Positions 1 to 12,300 of a stretch of 64,000 nt of DNA are shown here, one piece after another. Where the stretch lies: positions 96,001 through 160,000 of the IMG/VR virus record IMGVR_UViG_3300035696_001556; one strand, given 5' to 3'. Position 1 is the first letter of the stretch. Each line of letters starts with the position of its first letter. The translations under genes and the position numbers were made by a program. The notes beneath the pieces were generated by a model. It was not told the DNA's origin. It made no database searches and saw nothing but the letters and a program-made list of their open reading frames with translations. This DNA is from a virus.

Positions 1-762
1 GCACCTACCTCTCTGGGGACTGAAGCACTTCCAATGGGTTCTGGTGTAGGAAGAGTATTAAGAGGTTTCGTTCAAAAATTTGCTCCTCCAACTGGATCAG
101 AAACAGATGTCATAAAAGCTTTAAATGCTGACGTAGACGCAATAGCTCTCGCAGATAAAAATTATGCAGATTTGGGTGCCATATCTGCGGAAAATTTCAA
201 TGATCCAAATTTTGTTAAAAGTACAAATGCAAAAGAAAATTTCTTGAGGGTAACTCAAGCTAAAGCTGGGCCTCAGGTTGCCGGTCTCTATCAACTTGTT
301 CCGGCAGAGGTGACCGCCCCGATAAGCGCTACAGTAATGAATAGCCCGATGTCTAACGCTTCCGGACCTCCATCTACAATCGTATCTAATCAACTTCTTA
401 TGATAACTACGAATACCATACCCTATACGGATATTAAAGGTTACAGGCATATTGGAGCTTTTCCATATGGTGCTAATTTGGTTATGAGAAATCACGGATT
501 CGATTCAACTGGAGGTAGTCCGAAAGAGGAGAGCCATGAAGTTGCTACCGTTATGACTACAGATCCTGAGCAAAGTAGTCCTACTCAGAATCCATCGGCA
601 GTACCAGAATTGTCGGCATATACATATCCATTTTCTGCAATACCACCTGCTCTCCCAAATTGCACTTCTACACGTATAAATGTAGAAGCTATGACAGCCG
701 ACCCAGGTGGGGCTCAAGCTCTTAGAAATGTATATTTAAAAAATCCGACTTTACCGCAATAG
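1..762 (+). CDS. 3' part of a virion structural protein (possibly baseplate hub), truncated by the window start
   Basis: Frame is open back to position 1, so the ATG at 34 is probably internal. Lies directly upstream of the spike gene; contains PYTDIKGYRHIGAFPYG. Function inferred from position only. Confidence 0.45.
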   Translation, partial: APTSLGTEALPMGSGVGRVLRGFVQKFAPPTGSETDVIKALNADVDAIALADKNYADLGAISAENFNDPNFVKSTNAKENFLRVTQAKAGPQVAGLYQLVPAEVTAPISATVMNSPMSNASGPPSTIVSNQLLMITTNTIPYTDIKGYRHIGAFPYGANLVMRNHGFDSTGGSPKEESHEVATVMTTDPEQSSPTQNPSAVPELSAYTYPFSAIPPALPNCTSTRINVEAMTADPGGAQALRNVYLKNPTLPQ

Positions 763-769
763 GTTAAAC

Positions 770-2767
770 ATGAATAACGGAATGTTAAATGCAGCAACTT
801 ACAGGGGACCTAGAAGGCCAGAAGACCATTCAATTCCTATTGGTTTAAGGAAAAGGGATTCAACTCTTGTAAGAGCTAAAGTTAAATACGTGGATTTGGA
901 ACGTTTGACTATGACTTGTGAAACCTTCTTCACCCACGAGATAATAATGGACATAGGTATTGCTATGCCATATGCGGGACCTATGAGCTTTATTTCTAGT
1001 GTGCCAGAAGAAAACTCAGTTGTAATTTTGGCGAAGGTTATGGAGACTTATTTCCCTATAGCATATCTGCCGACCTATTCTTTTGCTTTACAACAGGACT
1101 ATATAAAATCTTGGCCAGAATCTGTCCAAGCCAAAGACAATGACATTTTTTTCAAACATCGGAAGCTAAGACAAGGGGAATTAAATTTGGGATCTGCTCA
1201 AGGATCAGAGCTCTTTTTAAGCTATGATGCAATTCTGGAAAACGAGTACGGGGACAATATTATTATCCGTAATGCAGATCACTCTATTGTGTCTACATCT
1301 TTAATCAACAATATTTTCAGCAGTGGAGTGTGGATAAATGCTGGCGCTATACAGAGAAATATGTTGCCTGGACCTAATACTGACGATGGATATTTTGCCT
1401 ATCAGCATGTACTAAGAGACGGAAGAGTAGTATATCAACTTAAACCAGACAATAATACAGCTCTTAGTAAATACTATTCAGAATATCTTGTGGAGGTGGA
1501 AGATCAGGGCTCTGCAGAATTGCCCTCTAATAGTTCGAATGATGTATCTGATATAGATCCAAGAACTCCAGTGGCTGTATTCAGTCTTGGTAATTTTGTT
1601 GGGAACAACTCATCTTCAAAAAACTCTTATGGAAAATTATTGGGTTTGACTTTCTTTACCGCACACGATGCCCAAAATGGAGCTATGCAGTTTAAAAACC
1701 TTGTTAAAGATGAACCTGAAAAATACGGATTGGCTGCGACGATATATGCTCCTAATAAAAGCAACTATGAACAAGGAGCGATTTTTGCTATAGACAAAGA
1801 AGGACATTGTTATCAATATCTTCCTGCAGCTTCTGGTGGTGGAATAGGTAATGGTAGATCAATGTCCATTCTGGCTAGAGGTAATAAAAAAGAGATATGG
1901 GGAGCTGATTCGATACTTAATAATTCTTGGGATACCGTTCTGGAAGGTGGATTGAAGTGGAAGATAGGTAGTCATAACAGTAAGAACTATGATTTAAGAA
2001 ACACAAGCATGGATGTGGTGACCAATGGAAAAGTTTATTTCCAGTATGGTGACGCGACAACTCGATCTGTACGAGATTTTGATCAACCTGATAAGCTCGT
2101 CCAGAATATGGATAAATTCAGGAAGATAGAAAAAGTTGCTGGCAGTGAAAGAAAAGAAATAACCGGAACCAGGGAGACAATAGTCTCAGGTAATGATCAA
2201 TTTAGAATTAAGGGAATGAAAAGAGAGATCATATCCGGATTCTATAATTCCGTAGTCGGTGGAAACAGGAACGTAAGCGTAGGAGACACATACGCCCTTA
2301 AAGTAATTAATGAAGGCCAAGAAAGTTTCGGCAATAAAAAAATATCCTGTACGAAAGGCAATCACGAACTGACAATATTCAGTGTTGGAGATATAAAGGA
2401 GACCATAAACGTCTCTGGAGACAAAACTACAAATATAACGGCTGGGAATATTTCAGAAAACATAATTAGTCTCGGAGACAGAAGCTTTCAAACCTCGACC
2501 GGTAATTATAACGTCAACGTTCTGGCTGCAGGAAACATTACTCATAAGACGACAGCCGGAAATATAGTAGGACAGACGCAAGCAGGTCAAATGAATTTGA
2601 CAGCCAGTCTAGGTATGAACTTGGTTTCACAGACTTTTTCGAAAGTAGAAGGTTTGAAGATACAGCTTAAGACTCCAATACCTTTAGGTAAAATTGTGAC
2701 AAAGCTGACATCAACATGTTTTATAACCGGGGCAAATAGTCCTGGACATCCAATGCTGGACGGATAA
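770..2767 (+). CDS. Baseplate central spike protein (gp5/gpV/VgrG-like)
   Basis: N-terminal OB-fold-like segment (RAKVKYVD...PEENSVVIL). C-terminal beta-helix repeats (ERKEITG-TRETIVSG-...-YNSVVGG-NRNVSVG...). Cys/His tip CFITGANSPGH. No lysozyme domain seen. Confidence 0.8.
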   Translation: MNNGMLNAATYRGPRRPEDHSIPIGLRKRDSTLVRAKVKYVDLERLTMTCETFFTHEIIMDIGIAMPYAGPMSFISSVPEENSVVILAKVMETYFPIAYLPTYSFALQQDYIKSWPESVQAKDNDIFFKHRKLRQGELNLGSAQGSELFLSYDAILENEYGDNIIIRNADHSIVSTSLINNIFSSGVWINAGAIQRNMLPGPNTDDGYFAYQHVLRDGRVVYQLKPDNNTALSKYYSEYLVEVEDQGSAELPSNSSNDVSDIDPRTPVAVFSLGNFVGNNSSSKNSYGKLLGLTFFTAHDAQNGAMQFKNLVKDEPEKYGLAATIYAPNKSNYEQGAIFAIDKEGHCYQYLPAASGGGIGNGRSMSILARGNKKEIWGADSILNNSWDTVLEGGLKWKIGSHNSKNYDLRNTSMDVVTNGKVYFQYGDATTRSVRDFDQPDKLVQNMDKFRKIEKVAGSERKEITGTRETIVSGNDQFRIKGMKREIISGFYNSVVGGNRNVSVGDTYALKVINEGQESFGNKKISCTKGNHELTIFSVGDIKETINVSGDKTTNITAGNISENIISLGDRSFQTSTGNYNVNVLAAGNITHKTTAGNIVGQTQAGQMNLTASLGMNLVSQTFSKVEGLKIQLKTPIPLGKIVTKLTSTCFITGANSPGHPMLDG

Positions 2768-2768
2768 C

Positions 2769-3380
2769 GTGCCTATATCTAATACATTGATAGCTAGTGC
2801 TATTAAAGGCTACATGGCTTTTGAAGGTTTCACCGGTAGAGATATGGGAAGCCTCGCAGATGCTATTGGTATCGGAGTCTTTAAGGATATTTGCACTCCA
2901 AGTATAACCTCTGGTTTAATGACTGGCACTGTAGGGCCTTTAGGAACAGCTACAAGCCTTTCCGTGGCTGGGATAGTACCTACGGCTATGAGCGGAATGA
3001 TGAAGGCTAAAGGGGCTCAGAATGGTTTTACAGGAAGGGATTTAAGTAAGCTTGCAGACGCAATATCTAATGGGGTGTGCGATGTTTTAATGACAATGGT
3101 ATTGACTGGAACAACAGTAGGTTTAGCAGTAGGAGGCGGTACAGCGAACTTCGTAGGATTAGATGAGAATGAGTTAAGCGCTGACATAAAATTGGCTTTG
3201 CCTGAATTCACGGGAAGGGATATACTTAATCTGACTGATATGATAGCCGCTGGGATAGTTATGCATTTAATGTCCTCCGCTGTTTTTACCGTAGTGGTGG
3301 TTGGAATTGTATCTCCAGTGCCCCCAGTAGGACCTATCGCTATAACAGGGATACCTATAGTTGTACCAGTTGTTAGCTAA
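2769..3380 (+). CDS. Hydrophobic three-repeat virion protein (possible spike tip)
   Basis: GTG start 1 nt after the spike stop. Three FTGRDxxxLxDxIxxG repeats; Gly/Ala/Val rich. Confidence 0.6.
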   Translation: MPISNTLIASAIKGYMAFEGFTGRDMGSLADAIGIGVFKDICTPSITSGLMTGTVGPLGTATSLSVAGIVPTAMSGMMKAKGAQNGFTGRDLSKLADAISNGVCDVLMTMVLTGTTVGLAVGGGTANFVGLDENELSADIKLALPEFTGRDILNLTDMIAAGIVMHLMSSAVFTVVVVGIVSPVPPVGPIAITGIPIVVPVVS

Positions 3381-3391
3381 AAGGATATAAG

Positions 3392-6300
3392 ATGTCTTTC
3401 GAATTTTTTGAATTACAATCTATCGATTTAGAAAACACGGTAGTTAGAAATCCAAGGGTCGGTGCCAGAAACAGGCCTACATCCAGAACTATTGATATAG
3501 GCACTACTGGCCCAGGTGCAACCGGCGTTTATACTGGAGAGAGGGATGTCAATGTTGAATATCTTCTCCAGGGAGCAGTTAATGGAGATGTAATAAAAGC
3601 CAGTTCAGCTATTTTCGATAATCCTGCGGTAACGCCAGCATCATTAAGAGCTAGGGTCATAACAAATGTAACAGGCCTTAACGGATTACAGCCTGCTGAA
3701 ACTATAAATTATGGGGACATAATTCGTGCAGATGGTGATATGGCTTTCTATAGCATTACCGGGATGGGTTCCATTACGGGACAGGAAAGCTTTGGAACGG
3801 TAATATTTCTTAGCCAGGACAACACAACCGCTACAGGAGTCAACTCGCTTCAAGTACGAAAAATAAAACTGGATAGTACACATTTCGAGTATATCATAAA
3901 TCCTACAGGTCAAAATAATTTTTACTATGACGAGAAAAATAGAGACTGGGGTTACAGTGGCACGCAAGGATTTACAGGATGTGTTATAGCAGCTTCTACG
4001 GTACAAAGCTATTTCCAAGGTGACCCACTTACTTTTCAGTTCTATCCGTCTTATTGCAGTACTGCACCAGATGTCACTTCTGTGGACACAACAGCTATTG
4101 ACCCAAAGCAACCGTATGGCTTAAAAGTTCTTGACAACAAGCTGGCTATAGACACACCGTCCATTCATTTGAGCCCTGTGCCATATCCAGATGACGATGA
4201 GAATTTCAGAGTATATTGGGGTCCACAAAATAATTTGGAATTAAAGACCAAAGACATAGACTATACAGTTAATTACACTATAGATCCTGATTACACATCA
4301 GCAAAGCCCCCCTATAAAGACAGGAATGTAGCTTATGTAAAGTTTTTAAATCAGCTTAATGATACTACACAAGTAGATAGCATAGGCTTAGGTTTTCAGG
4401 GAGTATTTAATCTTCATCAGGATCCAAGCACTTCTGCTACCAAACAGCCGACAGCTATAACGAATATCTATCCTAATGCAAAAGGTTTGTCAATAGCTGG
4501 CTCTAATACAGAGTACATTGGAGAAATAGTCCGTGTTGGAGAAGAGGTTAAGCAAAAAAATTTTGACTATAACATAGAATATGACAACGGCATAATAAAC
4601 TTTATAAAGCATAACAGTCTTGAGCTTGATGTACCTAATGTCCTGTACAATCAAAAGCTGATCTGGGATGGTATAAGCGTTATAAAAGGAGTTGGCCTTA
4701 CTGGATTAGTTTCACCGGACAGAAGTGATTGTGTATTACCGTACGCTGTTTCAGGGCTCACCGGTATAGACGGTCCAGTTTTCTTTGAAGACATAGACGC
4801 GAACGATCTTATAGAAGGAACAGATTACATAATAGAATATACTAGCGGTGCCATCAAATTAACGAAACCGCTTAAAGGTAACGAATGCGTACTTGTCTCT
4901 TATTTTGTAGAAGGTGAAGCCGTTGTTAATGAGCCTCTGAATCTAAGCGTTTTGCGTACGGAAAAGTATCCAATCATTGAATCCTCTGTTACCATAAAGA
5001 AAACTTATTCTAATATAAGTACATTAACAAACGGGATCAATATCTTAGTTGAAGGTGTGGATTTCTCGGTATCTTATCTTACAGGCAAGATTACGCTTCT
5101 GAACCCTGCCATAGGCGAAAATATTAGTTCACTTCAAATAAGTTATACACCTTTCGCCCAAGTACAGTGTATCTTACAGCCGGTTCCGTCTGATGACACA
5201 AACTACAGAATTACTATCCTTGATGATGTAATGACCACAGTCGATCCTTTTAATCTGAAGTTTGAGATAGATAACCCAACAGTTTCTATCCCTGTAGTGG
5301 ATCCGTTTGGAGTTTCACCAACTACGTACAGCAGCTCTATCATCCCTGGCAGTGTCTTCTCTGTTAAAGCAATAGGCGAACCAGGATATGGATTTGATAA
5401 TCTTACTCCAGATCAAATGATAGCCATAGGAATGACCGGCTTAGAAATAATGGGATTGGCTACGCTTCTTGGAAAAACAGATGCTGAATTTTATGCATTA
5501 GGAATTACTGGCGTAATTAGTCTGGGTGTTACAGGAATACAGTATTACGATACTACAAATTATACTTATACTGATAGCACAAAATATCTGCAGCTTGATG
5601 GCACCGAAAACGCAAGTAAACCAAAGCCAGATATCAACGACATTATCACTGCCTCTTATACGTATGTGGCAGATGTGCTACCTTATACTCCAGTACAGAT
5701 TATTTATCCAGTGCTTGATCAGGATACCAACACTATCTTGATAGAAGGTTTCGATAAGACGGATATTATTTATTCTGGCATGACTTTCAGAATTGATAAC
5801 TCGGATCCCCAGAATACTTACTATTTCATTGTATCTTCCGTGACTTATGATGGTTTGAATACTTTAGTCACTCTGACAGGATCATTTTCAGAAGAGATTC
5901 GTAATCCGTCTTTTTATCTTTTTGATGACATTGTTGAATGGTATCCTTTACCAACAGGTTCTAGAGTGGACTCTACAGCAACTCTTGGATCAGATACAGT
6001 AACCATTAAAGGCAACGCCTTAGAATCTTTGAATTTGTTAAGACCTAAAACTTTGATGATGGTAGATAACACAAACATTTATGAAGTTATGACTACCACA
6101 GTAGTTGATAGTGAGACTTTGAACGTTAAGATATTCCCTAATCTCATGAATGAGTATCCAGGGAATATTCAGATATCCGAGCCTATATACCAAGTTGGGG
6201 ACACGACTGTTAATTCAGAGTATCCTATAATAACAGACCCACCTCATCCAGCTTTCACAATCAGATACATAGCCCCAGTTAATGCTATTTATGGATTTGC

Positions 6301-9300
6301 TACTATTTTCATAGACGCAGATCAAATAACTTTGGCGGAGATTGTCGATAACCAGGTGTTCTCGTATCCTCCTTTTGTGTACAGCTCTTTTGCCAGCATA
6401 TATGATTTAGCCCAGGCGATACAGAATACCGTGAATCAAACCTATCAAACGAATCCTTTCACGCTCACATCGTCAGACGGAGTGGTGCAGTACTATCTTG
6501 GTACTGGCTTCTGGGATGCAGACTTAGTAATACCGTTTGATCAGGACAGTCCTGTGGTGATACCTACGGAAGGATACACCATAACAATAAATCAGGAAGT
6601 TTTCAGATACATAGTAATTAGAACATATAAGGATGCCACGAACTTTCTTGTGGAGAGAAAAGATCTTACTGTGACGACCCCTCCATATTTCTCTGCAGGG
6701 CAGCTGTTGGCTTTTAAAAGTAAATCTTCAGGTAATACTAGCTTCTATCAAATCTCTGGAGCTACAAGTGTGTTTGAACAGCCTCCTTCCGGAATTACCG
6801 GTGTAGTAGATACTCAGGTATCTTTCAAGGATTCTTTCAGAGAGAACATGATAGATCCTTACATATATAAATATGATGGTGTCAACTGGATGCCATTATC
6901 ATTAGTTTATATAATAGATTATGTAAACTCTAATATAACTTTCAATGGGACTTCTGATTTCTTTAAAGTCGGAGCGCTACTAAACTTTAACGGCGGTTTT
7001 ATTTATAGGATAAACAGTGTATCTACTGTTGGTGCCACAGTCACATTAAATTTGACTCCAGCTATAAGCTCCAGTTTGAATAATATCCTGTCAGTAAGCA
7101 TATCTGACATGCCTATTTATTTGAACGAAATAACCAGTCAGCCATATTTTGTAATAGATTACACGCTCCCACCTGATCGCTCTGGAGAAGCCAGAGTAAC
7201 AATAAACGATAGCTATCTTACTATTACGGAGAGTCTCGATGGTTATCCAAACATGACAGCCATGGTTCCGCTGCCTTATAACAAGGCATCTAATCTGGAT
7301 AACCTATCACAATTTGGAGATTATTTGGCGCGTTTATCAGGTGTTGATATCAGAGGATCTATATTTGTTGATACGTCAGCATACGATTCAATATTCATAG
7401 CGGGAGGTAAGGCACTTAAGTTGGTTCCAACCCAACAGGGACCAGTATCGTTGTCTGCATCCATAGCTGTGTCTTATCCAATATTCCAGATTAATTACGT
7501 AGCTCCTACAGGCAATGTTGATGGAGATATTTATATCCCCAACGATGGATCAGCTGTTATTCAACTTAGTGAATGGAAAAAGACAGACAAATCAGGCACA
7601 TTAGTGACTTATAATGTCCCTTATGACGGGATACCGATAGTTAATATCATATCGATGATACGTTCAGTACCTTCCATAATTCCAGGATATAATCCTTGGT
7701 CTGTTTCAAACGAAAACTACGATAGCTATTATGCCACGAATAAGCCTTATTATTACAACATCATACCATTTGCAAGTCAGTCGCATGTAGCTTCAACCTC
7801 TATGCCCTATTCCGTCCAGGCTACTCAGAATCCAGTGTCCTGGTACAGCGTGCCGATACTGAATAGAAATGTCCTGACAGAGGGAACGGATTACAGCATA
7901 GATGGTACACAGGTTGTTTTGAAAAATCCTATACAAGTAGGAGAGAGATATGAAGTAAGCTACCTTGGTGTGAATGATCTGGCAGAATATGATGGGGAAA
8001 CCATCAGATGCTCGTGCAGATACTTTTCTACTGTTCCTGCTGGTTATCAAATAAGTGTTTATATGGACTATCTAAATCCCGATCAGTACTATATACAGAA
8101 ACTTACTGAAAGAACTTTCCTTGAAATAGTTACAGTACCACAGATACAAGATATCCTTCAGCAAGCTGGTAATAGCGCGGGCATGGGAAACAGCAGCGGC
8201 AGTGACGATACAACCCAGAATTACCAGGGTGGGCTTGTAGATCTCTACTATCAACTAAAAGACGAACAGATCAAACAACAAATATATCTTAAGGTTTTTC
8301 AATGGTATAAACAAAGACTTAGAAATTTTGCTGCAGAAGCTCAGGTTACTATGGGTATTGAATATGGTCACAGTAATCACATAGGTGTAAATGAAAACGG
8401 TGTGTTTAACATGCAGGACCAGTACGTTGAGGGAAATAACTATACACTAACTAAAGCATCTGATTTTGACCAGCTTAAAAACGGCTTTTCTAAATTTTTC
8501 CCAATCAATTATACGGATTCAGCGCCTCAGAAATATCCTCGTTTTACAAATAACTATGAGTCCTATAACGAGGTTTTTTGTTATAATGTGGAATACCATG
8601 ACAAGAATGATAGCTTCATAAGTAAAGAGGGCAGAGTTCTTTCTGCTAATCCTTACTGGGCGGATATTCCTCAGGCCTATGGTCCCGATACTGGTGGTGT
8701 CACCGGTTCAAGCTTAGATTTTGACATCTTACCATATACGCAGACTACTTCCGTTATTGCTGGCGGGACTATGTACTATGTTCCGTACAACGAGGATGAA
8801 AAACTTTTCAAGGTAACCGATGATAATTATAAGTTCTTAAGGAGGATATCCGTTGGGGACTCGGTACAACTATATGGCTTCCAGAATACATACAACATAG
8901 GAGCAATAGAAAACCAAAGCAGTGTGCCGAACGGAGCTGTGGCTATTAATTATGTGGTTCCGATACCAGGTTCTACCGGTGTTTATACAATTCCTATGAC
9001 TTACGATGGACCAGCTCCTACGAAAACTACTCCTAATCCTTCACCAGGCACTCAACAGATATACGGTACATATGCAAATACAACAGGGGATGCGGGAGTC
9101 ACTTCTACATACGCGGCTGTAGGGGAGGACTATCCATTAGGAACTCCGGTGGTAAAAAACACAGTTTCTGGAGCCATAATAGGACTTAGTTATAAAGTGG
9201 CCAAAACTTTGGTTCCTTTTGACAGGCTAATTCTAAGTAACGCATATTTCACAGAATCGGGTGTGCCGACATTCGTAGTTAAACCTGATTCCAATGGAGT

Positions 9301-12300
9301 TTATACATACTACTATTATACAAAAGATTTCCCTTGGGAGAATCCACAGCAACATAGCTGGAGCTTAAGCGATCTGGAGATACAGCTTCCTAAGGACGGG
9401 CAAAATCTAATAGTGACAAGGAACCAGAATAGTGATTATCCAGTTATTTTTCCTGCCTGGGATGATGAATACAATCTTGGAACAAAAGTAGTTGGATCCA
9501 AGATAGTTGATCAGAAAACTGGAACTGATACTATAAGAAAATCATTCTCTTTCGAAGATCTATTTAGTCTTGATGACGATGACAAGCTATTCACGGTGTA
9601 TGAAGGAACTTATAACGATATAACGGGCTTGTGGGAAGTTAGAAATACCATAACCGTCAATATGAAATATTTGAACTTCTTCGATGAAAGAAGTGTATCA
9701 AGAGTTGTTGATTCTATTAAATACAATGTAACAGGCTCTAAATATCTGATCCCGGTACCACCTTTCTTTGTCGAGATATCCAAAATATTTGAAAAGAAGG
9801 ATAATTTAGGGACAGATAGATTGTTCTATGTTTCCTTTGAGGATTATTACGATGCCAGCCTTTCTGGAGGATACGGACAAAGTATAGTTATGAGAACTAG
9901 AGATAGGAACAGCTGGGTCCAGTATGAAGTTACTTCAACCAGTACGCCTCCTGTAGCTCCGGAGTATGGTTTCTCATCCCCAGACATCTATACTAACTTC
10001 TATTATCCAAATAATTTGTTCTTAAAGCTTTTGGTAGAAAAACAAGTGTGGTTGACGGAACTCAATATCATCAAAGATCTTTTTGATACAAATAATAAAT
10101 TGAAAAGAGCTTTTGAGGTAAATGTTCAAAATGCTGTAACGACTACTCCTGGACCATCAGAATTTCAGGCATATTTGTCTCAGGTTTCTGAAAGTTCCGG
10201 TATCAATAATATCGAGGCTGCGATCAGCTCCTATAGCGAACATCTGAAATTCTTGTTGGATAGGTCTGATACTGTTCATCCATATCTCGTTGACAATACA
10301 TCTGGTCCACTGTATAGGACTATGATGGAAAGCCAGCCCATAACTATACCCATACAGAATTCGTACAACCAAGCTGAAGCTGCAAATATAGCCTATACTG
10401 CGTTCCAGGGGGAGTCAAATTATTATTTCAGTTTAAACGACTACTATTATCAGAAGTGGCAAAATGAGTATGAAAAATGGGCGTTAAGTCTTGAAGCTGG
10501 AAGTGTTTTTCAGAAAGATGCAAGAGACAACTATCAGAGCAACTATGATATAAATATAGGCTTCAACACATTCCCAGCTATTAAAATGTCCGTAATAGAT
10601 CAAGGATCTAAGGCAGCATTTACTATATCCGATGCTAAGTATTTGGTATATTATAACATACTCGAAACGGCAGATACCAGCGCAGATGAATACGATGATG
10701 CTACTCTGTTGATAACATATTTGGTGTCTGGAGATACCAACTATACTTTCATTTCTTTTGCTCTTCAAAACTACCCTACTTTACAGGCTCTGGTTGAGGA
10801 TATAAATGCACGCTGCAATGTAAACTCACAAGGTGTCAATTTAGGTGTGCAATTCATATCAGCATCTTGCGTTTTCAATTACTATCCGTATAGAAACTAT
10901 TCTCCACTGTATATACTTAGAACTTATAGAAATGTTGCAAATAATGATTCTAATGGCACTGATTTTTCATCTGGAGATGGATGGACTGTGCTCTCTACTG
11001 ATCCTTCGATTGATGATCGTATATATGTCTCCAATGTTTTGGATCATAGAGAATATGATGCAAGAGTTTTCTTTTTGAATAGGATAGGTTTCAAGTCTGA
11101 TTTTCTTTCTATTGATGGGACTAACTACAATGTCTTTCCTTACTATCTACCTGGGGACGCTAATTCTGGAAAAGATCTTTTGGGAGACAGCAAAGCAGGT
11201 CCTATATCTGTTTCAGGTAGATGGGCTACTGATGCCTATGGCTTAACTGGAGCACAGAGCGTAGATTATACGACTGAATTAAATGTAATGACAATCTCAC
11301 CAGCACTACCTACTGATACTTTCATAAGATATGAATTCCTTGATTATCTTAATGGTCCTGAACAGCTTCCTATACAGCAAACTCCTAGAAATCCTACTTA
11401 TGAAAAAAGTCAGGCAGATCTAACAAATATAGGGTATGACGAGACGACACAAAGTTTAGTAGAAGCTTATCCTTTGATTACAGGACCTTATACTAATTTC
11501 TCGCCCACGGGTCCAGATAATTCGAATTACGACACACTGATGCAGTGGACATCCTATGCCCAAGGATATACAGGAAGTCAGGCTCCTCAAACAGAAGTAA
11601 TAAGAGATCTTCAGATAGAGCTTATGTCTCAAGACCTAACTACGCCAAATAAGTTTAATAAGATATTCTTTACTTTCAGCTTGAGGCAATATTCCACTAT
11701 CAACGAGTTGGTGCATGCTTTAAATACAAACAGGTATACAACAGTTTTGAATCCTGATGGTATAACATATACCGCGCAATTAGCTACAGGAGCTTCAGGA
11801 AGCGTATATTTCTCAGCTGCTTTAGTTGGGTCACCAGACATACAGGGGAATATGAAGACCGTTGACTTAGTTACTAATTATGTTAGGCAGGAGATATATG
11901 TCTCTAATTATACGTCCTACACTTTAAACTATACATATACAGATATAAACGGTGCAATTGGAGTTCCTACTGTAATTCCTAACTCTGTATCAGTAAATAA
12001 GAGTTTCCCAATTGGATGGCAGCTCAGAGAACAAGATTCTTTGAGCACCAATACACAGCTTAACTTCAGGATAGATCCTAAAACATATAGTCCAAGCTAT
12101 TCTTATCGTTTTGTGCCAGACAAGCCTGATTTGGCACGTACGAATACATTCCTGTCTCAGAAGGAAGATATCTTAGCTTTTGATTTGTACAGCTGGGATA
12201 CTAATGCATATTATATGATTAAGAATAATGTACTCTATCTGAAAAGTGATACTGTAGCTCAAGTACAGATACCTCTTTATAAAACTCAAAGCTTGGATAC

